From Methylovirgula sp. (lineage in GTDB: Bacteria > Pseudomonadota > Alphaproteobacteria > Rhizobiales > Beijerinckiaceae), in NCBI GenBank assembly GCA_030036945.1, contig JASHSB010000096.1:1-40550 (forward strand): a stretch of 40,550 nucleotides of DNA, written 5' to 3'. A model generated the notes under the pieces. That model saw only the letters and a program-made list of their open reading frames with translations, ran no database searches and was not told the origin of the DNA. Each line of letters begins with the position of its first letter. The first letter of the stretch is position 1. Below are positions 29,847 through 40,550 of the stretch, piece after piece. Both the position numbers and the translations under genes were made by a program.

Positions 29847-31256
29847 ATGGAAGACCGCGTCGTCAGCATCGAGATCGATTGGCGTGACCCGTTCGACGCC
29901 GCGCGGCGGCTTGCCGACCGGCCGGGCTTTGCCTTTCTCGACAGCGCGCTCTTGCATCCGGAACTCGGCCGCTATTCCTTTATCGGCATCGAGCCCTTCG
30001 GCGTCTTTACCGCGGCACAAGGGCTCGCCACCTGGAACGGCGTTCCTCTGTGGCTGCCGCCGCTACCGGCGCTGCGCGATCTCCTCGCCCGCTTTGCCTT
30101 CGATGCCGATCCGGAACTGCCGCCGTTCCAAGGCGGAGCGATCGGCGCCATCCCTTACGAATTCGGTTGGGAGTTGGATGGCCTTGCTTCGCCCAACCAC
30201 CGGACCGAGCAGCGGGAGCCGTTTCATCTCGGCTTCTACGATCTCGCCTTCGCCTTCGATCAGCTGCGGCGCCGCGCCTTCATCGTCGCTTCGGGCTTTC
30301 CCGAAGAAGGCGCGGCGCGCCGGGCACGCGCCGCAGCGCGGCTCGATCACGCATTGCGTCTCCTCGAGAGGCCGCCGGCGAAGCGTGCGCCGCAGCCCGC
30401 GGTTGCCGGCTGGGCCTCGAACTTCACACGCGCCGCCTATCGCGCCGCGATCGAACGCGTGCAAGGACATATCTATCGCGGCGACATCTATCAGGCGAAC
30501 ATCGCCCAACGATTCGGCGCCGATTTGCCTGCGGGCTTTTCGCCGTTTGACTTCTATGCGCGGCTGCGGGCGACAAATCCGGCGCCTTTCGCCGCCTATC
30601 TCACCTGCGGAGAGAGCGTGATCGCCTCGTCTTCGCCGGAGCTGCTGCTGCGCAAGCGCGGCACGGCGGTCGAGACGCGGCCGATCAAGGGAACGAGCCC
30701 GCGCGCCGCGGATCCTATCGAGGATTTACGGCGCGCCGACGCGCTCGAAAAGTCGGAGAAAGACCGCGCCGAGAACATCATGATCGTCGATCTTCTGCGC
30801 AACGATCTGTCGCGCGCCTGCCGGCCGTTCTCGGTCGAAGTTCCGGTGCTCTGCGGGCGCGAATCCTACGCTAACGTACACCATCTCGTCTCCGTGGTGA
30901 CCGGCGAACTTGCCGCGGACAAGGACGCCGTCGATCTCATCGCCGCCGTCTTTCCGGGAGGTTCGATCACCGGCGCGCCGAAGCGCCGCTCGATGGAAAT
31001 CATCGACTCGATCGAACGGGTACCGCGCGGCTATTATTGCGGCTCGATCTTCTATCTCGGTTTCGACGGCACGATGGACATGAACATCGCCATCCGCACC
31101 GCGGTGCTGCAAGCGGGCAGGGCGAGCGTGCACGCTGGCGGCGGCATCACCTCGCTCTCCGATTGGGCGGCGGAATATGCCGAGGTTGAAGCAAAGGTGC
31201 AGCGCCTTTTCGACGCTTTCGCCGGCGTCGAAGAATTGGAAGAAGTACCGCAATGA
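29847..31256 (+). CDS. pabB: Aminodeoxychorismate synthase component I
   Basis: GDIYQAN, NPAPFAAY, PIKGT (PabB-type Lys), AENIMIVDLLRND and PGGSITGAPK. Confidence 0.9.
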   Translation: MEDRVVSIEIDWRDPFDAARRLADRPGFAFLDSALLHPELGRYSFIGIEPFGVFTAAQGLATWNGVPLWLPPLPALRDLLARFAFDADPELPPFQGGAIGAIPYEFGWELDGLASPNHRTEQREPFHLGFYDLAFAFDQLRRRAFIVASGFPEEGAARRARAAARLDHALRLLERPPAKRAPQPAVAGWASNFTRAAYRAAIERVQGHIYRGDIYQANIAQRFGADLPAGFSPFDFYARLRATNPAPFAAYLTCGESVIASSSPELLLRKRGTAVETRPIKGTSPRAADPIEDLRRADALEKSEKDRAENIMIVDLLRNDLSRACRPFSVEVPVLCGRESYANVHHLVSVVTGELAADKDAVDLIAAVFPGGSITGAPKRRSMEIIDSIERVPRGYYCGSIFYLGFDGTMDMNIAIRTAVLQAGRASVHAGGGITSLSDWAAEYAEVEAKVQRLFDAFAGVEELEEVPQ

Positions 31257-31858
31257 ACGGGCCGATCCTCGTCATCGACAATTACGATTCCTTCGTGTTC
31301 AACGTCGCCCGTTATTTCGAGGAGCTTGGACGCAAGGTGATCGTGCGCCGCAACGACGCAATCGACATCGCCGAGATCGTGGCGAGCGCGCCGGCGGCGA
31401 TCGTCATCTCGCCCGGTCCCGGCACACCATACGACGCGGGAATTTCGCTGCCCGTCGTGAAAAAGCTTTCCGGCGAAGTGCCGATTCTCGGCGTCTGTCT
31501 CGGCCATCAATGCATCGGCGCGGCATTCGGCGCGCCGGTCACCCCCGCCAAACGCCCGCTCTATGGCCGCACTTCGCGCGTCGCACACGATGGGCGGAAC
31601 TTGTTCGAAGGTCTGCCGCAACCGCTGACGGTGGCGCGCTATCATTCGCTCATCGTCGGGCGCACGCCGGCGCTCGAAGCGGCGGCTTCGATCGACGCCG
31701 TCTCGGAGGAGGGCGAGATCATGGCGCTGACGCACCGCTCGCATCCGACCTACGGCGTGCAATTCCATCCCGAATCGATCCTGACCGAAAAGGGCCACGC
31801 GCTGTTCGGCAATTTCCTGCGCCTGACGGTCGAAAGGGAACCCCGTGTATTGGTATAA
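31253..31858 (+). CDS. pabA: Glutamine amidotransferase subunit (ADC/anthranilate synthase component II)
   Basis: IDNYDSF, SPGPG, GVCLGHQ, RYHSL and QFHPES. ATGA overlap with pabB. Confidence 0.9.
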   Translation: MNGPILVIDNYDSFVFNVARYFEELGRKVIVRRNDAIDIAEIVASAPAAIVISPGPGTPYDAGISLPVVKKLSGEVPILGVCLGHQCIGAAFGAPVTPAKRPLYGRTSRVAHDGRNLFEGLPQPLTVARYHSLIVGRTPALEAAASIDAVSEEGEIMALTHRSHPTYGVQFHPESILTEKGHALFGNFLRLTVEREPRVLV

Positions 31859-32675
31859 CGGGGCGCTTCGGGAGACGCCGGTTACGCCGTTCGATCTGAC
31901 GGATCGCGGCCTCACGCTCGGCGACGGCGTCTTCGATACCGCGGCGGCCCATAACGGACGCGTCTTTCTGCGCAGGGCGCATTTGGAGCGGTTCGCCGCT
32001 GCAGCCAAGGCGCTCGCCATTCCTTTCCCCGGCAAGGAAGCGGGCGAAGCGCTCGAGGCGCTTGCGGCGGCGGTCGGCGACGGCGCGGTGCGTCTGACTC
32101 TCACGCGCGGCGGCGGTGCGCGCGGCCTCGCTCCGCCGAAAGATCCCAGGCCCTTGCTCTTTGGCGCGGCCGCGCCGGCCCCTTCGCCGTTTCCGATTCT
32201 GTCGCTCGCCACGACCGCGATCCGCCGCAACGAGACTTCGCCCGCCGCACGCATCAAAGCACTGCCCTATCTCGACGCGATCCTCGGCTTGGAAGAAGCG
32301 CGCGCCAAAGGCGCCGACGGGGCTTTGTTCTTGAACACGCAAGGCCGCGTGGCTTGCCTCACGGGCGCCAATCTCTTCGCGGTTTACGGTCGGCAGATTG
32401 CGACCCCGCCGCTCGGCGATGGCGCTCTTGCCGGAACGGTGCGCGCCTTCGTCCTGGCCAAAGCGGCGGACTTGGGTTTGGACGCCGTTGAGCGGTCGCT
32501 AGATTTCAGCGACCTGCCGCGTGCCGACGCACTTTTCGCGACGAGCAGCCTCAAATTGGTTGCCGCTTGCCGCAGTTTGGACGCGGCATCCTTTGCCGCG
32601 GTCGAAAACGAGGCAGTACTAAAATTGCAAGCCTTGCTTCACGACGCGATTGCCGCGGAGTGTGGAAGACTTTGA
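31845..32675 (+). CDS. pabC: Class IV PLP aminotransferase, probable 4-amino-4-deoxychorismate lyase
   Basis: DRGLTLGDGVFDT, HLERF, catalytic K in ARIKAL, and LAGTVR. It follows pabB-pabA in the same operon. Confidence 0.78.
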   Translation: MYWYNGALRETPVTPFDLTDRGLTLGDGVFDTAAAHNGRVFLRRAHLERFAAAAKALAIPFPGKEAGEALEALAAAVGDGAVRLTLTRGGGARGLAPPKDPRPLLFGAAAPAPSPFPILSLATTAIRRNETSPAARIKALPYLDAILGLEEARAKGADGALFLNTQGRVACLTGANLFAVYGRQIATPPLGDGALAGTVRAFVLAKAADLGLDAVERSLDFSDLPRADALFATSSLKLVAACRSLDAASFAAVENEAVLKLQALLHDAIAAECGRL

Positions 32676-32778
32676 ATTGGCTTTAGGAAAGATAAATGCG
32701 GATCACCCGGCGAGCGGCTTTTCAAGCGAACGGCCTCGGACGATAATGGGCGCCGCCTCGAACCACAGTTCCCACAGC

Positions 32779-33294
32779 ATGTTGCGTCTTGCCATTCTGC
32801 GTCATGCCGAGGCCGTCCCGCTCACTCAGGGCGGCGACGCCGACCGGGAGCTGAGCCCTTCGGGACGCGATCTCGCCGAGCGCATGGGCCGTTACTTCCA
32901 TAAGCTTGGGTTGAAGCCCGATCTCACCCTTGTTTCCCCGTCGAAGCGTACCCGCCAAACTTTCGAGGCTTTGGAGCGCGGCGCCGAAGAAAAGTTCGTG
33001 GTCGAATATGTGCAGAGCCTTTACCACGCCACGCTTCCGGTCCTCGAAGAACTGCTTGACGAGGCTCCGAAGGAAGCCAAGTTTCTATTGATCGTCGGTC
33101 ACAATCCGGGTCTTGCCGAGTTCGCCAACGCGCTTGCCGCCAACGGCAAGAAGACCGAGCTGGCGCGGATGCGGGCGCATTTCCCGACGCCCTGCATGGC
33201 GATCATCGATTTCGACGCCAAGAGCTGGAAGAAGGCGGACCGCGGCGAGGGGAAACTCGAATATTTCATTACCCGCGCCGCGCTCGCCAAATAG
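32779..33294 (+). CDS. sixA: SixA-like histidine phosphatase
   Basis: LRHAEA, DRELS, SPSKRTRQT and VGHNPG. Confidence 0.85.
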   Translation: MLRLAILRHAEAVPLTQGGDADRELSPSGRDLAERMGRYFHKLGLKPDLTLVSPSKRTRQTFEALERGAEEKFVVEYVQSLYHATLPVLEELLDEAPKEAKFLLIVGHNPGLAEFANALAANGKKTELARMRAHFPTPCMAIIDFDAKSWKKADRGEGKLEYFITRAALAK

Positions 33295-33305
33295 AAGCCG
33301 AGCCA

Positions 33306-34790
33306 TTGCCATCCTTTTCCGATTTTCTGTCCGACGCCGGCATCGCCGCGCGCAACCTCATTGATCTCTTTTCCGGACGGACGCTGCGGCTCGGCGTCAC
33401 GGGACTGGCGGGCGCCGGCAAGACGATCTTCGTTATCGCCCTCGTGCAACATCTGACGCTCGCTGCGCGGCTCGCGGCACTCGGCGAGAAAAACTCTCTG
33501 CCGGTTTTTCGCGTGCATGCTGAGGGCCGGCTCACGGGCGGGCGGCTCGAGCCGCAGCCCGATGACGCCGTGCCGCGCTTTGCCTACGAACGGCATCTCG
33601 ACGCGCTGACGGGACCGCAAGGCCGCGGCGAGGATCGGGCATGGCCGCCGTCGACGAAGCGCATTTCGGAACTGCGCCTGGCGCTCGAGTTCGAGCGCAC
33701 GGCAAGTCTTGGGCGGAATGGTGCCGCGCTTTCGATCGACATCGTCGATTACCCCGGCGAATGGCTGCTCGACCTGACGCTTCTCGACAAATCCTATCGG
33801 CGTTGGTCGGAGGAATCGCTGGCCGCGGCCGAGGCGCGCGCGCCGCTCGGAGGGGAATGGCGGGATTATGTGCAAAGCTTGGACGCAAACGCGCCGGCGG
33901 ACGAGGACGCGGCGCAGCGCGCCGCGGCGCTCTTCAAGAGCTATCTTCAGGCATGCCGCGCGGTCCCGCTCGCTGCTTCAGCGTTGCCGCCCGGCCGATT
34001 TTTGACGCCAGGCGATCTCGAAGGCTCGCCGCTGTTGACTTTTTCGCCGCTCAAACTCGAAGCGGACGCGCGGCCCAACTCGCTTGCCGCGGCGATGGAG
34101 CGCCGCTACGAAGCCTATCGCGCGCATGTTGTGCGGCCGTTCTTTCGCGACCATTTTGCGCGGCTCGACCGGCAGATCGTACTGGTCGACGTGCTTGCCG
34201 CCTTAAACGCCGGGCCGCTGGCGCTGCGCGATCTCGAAAGGACGCTGGGCGACGTGCTCGACGCGTTTCGCACCGGCAAAAATTCAATTCTCTCGAGCCT
34301 ACTGCGCCCGAGGATCGACAAGATTCTCTTCGCCGCAACCAAGGCCGATCATCTGAACCACGTGAGCCATGATCGGCTCGAGGCAATTCTGCGGCGGCTC
34401 ACCGCGCGCGCCATCGCGCGCGCCGAGAATCTCGGCGCGTCGATCGACGTCGTGGCGCTTGCCGCGGTGCGCGCGACGCGCGAAGCCAACGTCGGGCGCG
34501 GTGGCGCGCTGTTGCCGGCGGTGATAGGCATGCCGATTCAAGGCGAGCGCATCGGCGACGAAACCTTCGACGGGGAGACCGAAGTGGCGATCTTTCCCGG
34601 GCAATTGCCCGACGATCCGGATGCCGTTTTTACCGGCGACTGGACCGCCGATCCACGCGAGGCGGAGTATCGCTTCGTGCGTTTTCGGCCGCCGATCGCG
34701 GCGCGCGACGCGGCGGGAACGCCGCTGCCGTTGCCGCATATCCGCCTCGATCGCGCCTTGCAATTTCTGCTTGGCGACCGGCTGAGATAG
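33306..34790 (+). CDS. ycjX: YcjX-family P-loop GTPase
   Basis: LRLGVTGLAGAGKT, DYPGEWLLDL, DRQIVLVD, ATKADH and PHIRLDRALQFLLGD. Confidence 0.93.
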   Translation: MPSFSDFLSDAGIAARNLIDLFSGRTLRLGVTGLAGAGKTIFVIALVQHLTLAARLAALGEKNSLPVFRVHAEGRLTGGRLEPQPDDAVPRFAYERHLDALTGPQGRGEDRAWPPSTKRISELRLALEFERTASLGRNGAALSIDIVDYPGEWLLDLTLLDKSYRRWSEESLAAAEARAPLGGEWRDYVQSLDANAPADEDAAQRAAALFKSYLQACRAVPLAASALPPGRFLTPGDLEGSPLLTFSPLKLEADARPNSLAAAMERRYEAYRAHVVRPFFRDHFARLDRQIVLVDVLAALNAGPLALRDLERTLGDVLDAFRTGKNSILSSLLRPRIDKILFAATKADHLNHVSHDRLEAILRRLTARAIARAENLGASIDVVALAAVRATREANVGRGGALLPAVIGMPIQGERIGDETFDGETEVAIFPGQLPDDPDAVFTGDWTADPREAEYRFVRFRPPIAARDAAGTPLPLPHIRLDRALQFLLGDRLR

Positions 34791-34815
34791 GTTCGTGCGG
34801 AGTAGGGGAGCGAGC

Positions 34816-37291
<2,476 letters not shown>

Positions 37292-37442
37292 GGATGGTCG
37301 CTCGAAGATCGCCGGAGCAGCAGTCGGGCTCTTTCTTACTGAAGAGCTTTCCCGTTGAACAGCCTCGTCTTTGCCGGGAATGGATATTCGCCTCCGATTG
37401 CGGGCGCGTGCATTCCGCTTCTCACGCAGGTTGGGAAGAGGG

Positions 37443-37814
37443 CTAGGGCGCGGGCCGCGACGCAAGCTCGCTCAGGTAAGCTTCGATGGCGCTAAGCGTT
37501 CTGCCGAGAGCGGCGTCGACAGACTCAAGCGCGGTTTGCGCGTCTTTACCGGCAACGGCGCCTTCCAGTCTGGCCGCTGCTTCGGCAAGCTCGAACGCTC
37601 CGATCGCCCGCGCCGAGCCGCCGAACTTATGGGCGAGATCGCCGGCGTTCCCGGGCGCGATTCGCATCGCTGCCATCAATTCGGCGGACTGGGCTACGAA
37701 AAGGTTCAGAAGATCACGTTGCAACAGGCAGTCGCCGCCGGTCTGTGCGCCGAGATGGATGGTGTCGAGCAGGGCGGCCGCGTTAGGAATTTGGGCTTTG
37801 TCCGTCAGGCGCAT
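37443..37814 (-). CDS. Stand-alone Hpt (histidine phosphotransfer) domain protein
   Basis: LDTIHLGAQTGGD..LQRDLLNLF and AHKFGGSARAIGA resemble the HxLKGSA..IGA Hpt pattern. Confidence 0.75.
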   Translation of the reverse strand: MRLTDKAQIPNAAALLDTIHLGAQTGGDCLLQRDLLNLFVAQSAELMAAMRIAPGNAGDLAHKFGGSARAIGAFELAEAAARLEGAVAGKDAQTALESVDAALGRTLSAIEAYLSELASRPAP

Positions 37815-38009
37815 CGCTATTGCGCAGCGAGGTATCATTCTGCCGGCTGGCGGCGTGCGGAGTGCGGATTGGAAAGGTCGATTCTTTTGGACGCAAGCCG
37901 CCGCCCGCCGTGCTGGAGCGAACTCTTTTCTTGCCATCGCGCGGTTTTTGCTTGAAAATTCTCATAGGCGGCGCCTTGCACGTCGAGGCGAAAAATTTTT
38001 CGGTTATGG

Positions 38010-38025
38010 TGAAGGCCGCGTTAAC
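38010..38025 (+). promoter_or_regulatory. Putative CtrA-binding site
   Basis: TGAA-GGCCGCG-TTAAC (one mismatch), with GAATC at 38029 and a second GTTAAC at 38089. Confidence 0.4.
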
Positions 38026-38169
38026 GACGAATCGAACCTTCTCGGCAGAACGGTTTCAATCAACGAAGCTGGGATGTAGAGTAGATTGGTTAACGGTAGG
38101 GCAATCCACGCCGTTTGACAAACCATGCGGGAGACCGAGGCGCATCGGTCCCGTCCGTGAGAGGCAATT

Positions 38170-40550
38170 ATGGCCACGTCCAAAAAGGCGCAAGATCCCG
38201 CGGCTGCGGCGCTATCGGCGATCGAGGAGGCATTGAACCTCGGGGAAGGAGCGGCCGAAAAAACGAAAGATCCCGAGGCTTCCGGTTCGTTCTTCCCCAA
38301 GCTCGGACCCGAAAAAAAGACGTCCAAACGTCCAGCGGATCTTTCGGCCGGCGAGGACGGCGGCCCGGAAGGCGAACGTCCGGCATCGCGCCTGCCGGAG
38401 GTAGACGATCATCCGCTTTTCGCGCCGAAGCGGCCGGCCAATGCGGGGGAATCGGGCGCCGGCGCGGAGCGCTTGCCGACCGTGCCGCCCGCCAACGACG
38501 ATCGCGATTCCGTCGGCGCCATGTTGCGCGCCTGGAACCGCAAGCCAAGCCAAGCGCCGTTCGCGCTTGCCGCGCTTTTTTCGGGGATTTGGATCGTACT
38601 CGCGGCGGCCTATTTCATCGCCCGCCGCGCCGAATTCTCGGCGCACGGGTCGATTTTCGGGCGTCCCGATTTCCCGCTCTATGTACTGGCCGTAGTCGGC
38701 CCGGTGATCTTTTTCGTCATCACCGCGCTGTTGGCGCGCCGCGCGCAGGAGATGCGCCTCACCGCGCGTTCGATGATCGAAATTGCAATGCGGCTCGCGG
38801 AACCGGAATCGATCGCGGCCGAGCAGATGGTGACGCTCTCCCAGGCAATTCGTCGGGAAATCGTTTCGATGGGCGACGGAATAGAGCGGGCGTTGGCGCG
38901 CGCTGGTGAGCTCGAGACCCTTGTGCGTTCGGAGGTATCGAACCTTGAACGGTCCTACTCGGACAACGAGCGGCGCATTCGCACGCTGGTCGACGAACTG
39001 GTGAGCGAGCGGGAAGCCATTCAGGTCAACGGCGAGCGCATGCGGAGCGCGATCGGCGGAGCGCACGATTCGTTTTCCAACGAACTGGAGAGCGCTTCGA
39101 CCGGCTTGAGCGAAAATCTCAGCGCGACCGGCAACCGCATCACCATGTCGCTCGGCGCCAAAGCGGAAGAGATTCGCTTCGCCCTGAATCAGGCCGGCGA
39201 TCAGTTGGTCGATAGCCTGGCGGTGCAGGCCGAGGACGTCGTGTCGCGTCTGGAGCAGGCCAGGGAAAGCGTCGAATCCACGGTCGGGCAGACGAGCGAC
39301 CAGCTTGTCGAGAGCCTCACAGCGCAGGCCGAGGACATGATCGCTCGTTTGGAGCAAGCCAAAGGGAGCGTCGAGGCCACGGTCGGACGTGCCAGCGATC
39401 AGCTGGCCGAAAGCCTCACTGTGCAGGCCGAAGACATCGTCGGCCGCTTGGAGCGTGCCAAGGAGAGCGTCGAACTCGCGGTGAGCAACGCCAGCGATGA
39501 CATTGCGCAGGCGCTGCTGCGGCGCTTCGGGGAGGTGGCGGCGCAATCCGAGAAGATCAACGAGCAATTGGCAGCGACGGCGCAAGATTCGCTCGATGCG
39601 TTTACCTATCACGCCGCCACGCTCGGCGATCGCTTCACCGAGACGGTCAATGACGCGATCAATGCGATTGCCACGCACAGCGAACGAGTCGGCGGAACCT
39701 TGGGAGATCGCCTGCGCGAGTTCGAGCAGACGATGATTGGCGGCGCGGAAGCGATCGCGGCGCGGCTTGGCGACGACGCCCATCAACTGTCGGGGCTGTT
39801 CGGCAAACAGCTCGAATCGCTGGAATCGGTAATTTCCGTGCAGGGCGGCGAACTCGACAACAAGCTCGAATTGCGCGTCCGGCAGATGGCGGACGCGTTT
39901 ATCGCGCAGACGCAGGCCTTCGACAGCCGGGCTTCGGCCAAGCTGAAGGAGTTGGCGGAATCGCTCGATGCGCTGATCCAGCGGGTCGACTCGGGGCTCG
40001 ACGGGCGCGCCAAGTCGCTGAGCGAGAGTTTGGCGGCGCGCACGCTCGACATCGCCAAGGTGCTCGGTGAAGGCGGCCGCGAAGTGGCCCACGCGCTGGA
40101 AACGCGGGCCAACGAAATCGACGAGATCCTCTCCAATCGCGCGATGTCGATTACCGAAGCTCTTTCCGCCAAGGCCGACGAGGTCAACATGGCGCTCGGT
40201 GGTAGGGCGGCGGAAATCGCCGAGACGTTGGATGAGCGCATCGCCAGTTTCGAAGAACGCGTGGTCAATCGCCTCGACACGGTCTCGGCGAATCTCGACG
40301 CACGCGGCCGCGATCTCAGCGTCAATATCACGACGCGCGTCCGCGAAATCGACGAGAGTCTCGCGCGCCACACGAGTAATATCGGCGTCGCCTTGGACAA
40401 GGAATCCGGCGAACTCGTACGGCTGCTCGCCGGTCGCGCCGACGCATTGAAGACGCTGCTCGCGCAGGCTTCGAGCGACATCGATACGACGCTCGCCGGC
40501 CGGATCGGCGAAATCGGCGGCGTACTCGCCGCCCGCGTATCGGACATCGG
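38170..40550 (+). CDS. Large membrane-anchored coiled-coil/apolipoprotein-repeat protein, GPR (growth pole ring)/RgsE-like; 5' part only
   Basis: Hand translation from ATG 38170: MATSKKAQDPAAAALSAIEEAL...PANDDR, two TM segments, then EIVSMGDGIERALARAGELETLVRSEVSNLERSY and amphipathic repeats. It appears open to the window end and is missing from the ORF track because it has no stop. Confidence 0.8.
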   Translation, partial: MATSKKAQDPAAAALSAIEEALNLGEGAAEKTKDPEASGSFFPKLGPEKKTSKRPADLSAGEDGGPEGERPASRLPEVDDHPLFAPKRPANAGESGAGAERLPTVPPANDDRDSVGAMLRAWNRKPSQAPFALAALFSGIWIVLAAAYFIARRAEFSAHGSIFGRPDFPLYVLAVVGPVIFFVITALLARRAQEMRLTARSMIEIAMRLAEPESIAAEQMVTLSQAIRREIVSMGDGIERALARAGELETLVRSEVSNLERSYSDNERRIRTLVDELVSEREAIQVNGERMRSAIGGAHDSFSNELESASTGLSENLSATGNRITMSLGAKAEEIRFALNQAGDQLVDSLAVQAEDVVSRLEQARESVESTVGQTSDQLVESLTAQAEDMIARLEQAKGSVEATVGRASDQLAESLTVQAEDIVGRLERAKESVELAVSNASDDIAQALLRRFGEVAAQSEKINEQLAATAQDSLDAFTYHAATLGDRFTETVNDAINAIATHSERVGGTLGDRLREFEQTMIGGAEAIAARLGDDAHQLSGLFGKQLESLESVISVQGGELDNKLELRVRQMADAFIAQTQAFDSRASAKLKELAESLDALIQRVDSGLDGRAKSLSESLAARTLDIAKVLGEGGREVAHALETRANEIDEILSNRAMSITEALSAKADEVNMALGGRAAEIAETLDERIASFEERVVNRLDTVSANLDARGRDLSVNITTRVREIDESLARHTSNIGVALDKESGELVRLLAGRADALKTLLAQASSDIDTTLAGRIGEIGGVLAARVSDI
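39193..39489 (+). repeat. Three in-frame 99-nt (33-aa) tandem repeats
   Basis: AGDQLVDSLAVQAEDVVSRLEQARESVESTVGQ / TSDQLVESLTAQAEDMIARLEQAKGSVEATVGR / ASDQLAESLTVQAEDIVGRLERAKESVELAVSN. Confidence 0.9.

Overview
A GC-rich, mostly housekeeping chromosomal segment whose gene content (PodJ-like protein, one-Cys DksA, SdhE-Mfd, GPR/RgsE-like giant coiled-coil protein) points to an alphaproteobacterium of the Hyphomicrobiales (Rhizobiales); this assignment is inferred. Core genes in order: partial MerR regulator, podJ-like, pdeM-like, icd, dksA, an M16 peptidase pair, mutL, purD, rsmD, rluB-like, tadA-like, ispH, a serine hydrolase, recG, sdhE, mfd, CCA-adding enzyme, pabB/pabA/pabC-like, sixA, ycjX/ycjF, ferredoxin reductase and ferredoxin, an Hpt protein, and a partial GPR-like gene. 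The unusual part is about 9.1-17.1 kb. (1) Two related IS110-family elements, one intact and one frameshifted, sit at a CT core inside copies of a palindromic REP-like repeat. Each has a non-coding left end that reads as a bridge RNA. Their donor guides match the element ends, and their right target guides differ (GGGTGAG vs GGGAGAG) exactly as their insertion sites differ (CTCACCC vs CTCTCCC). Each would also form a -35/17 bp/-10 promoter only on circularisation. (2) An integrase-less islet of about 2 kb (3-methyladenine glycosylase plus aldo-keto reductase) is flanked by two chimeric copies of the M16 3' end-REP-mutL 5' end junction, and the degenerate mutL start stays in frame with the glycosylase. 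All calls come from reading the sequence and ORF track; no searches or folding were run.
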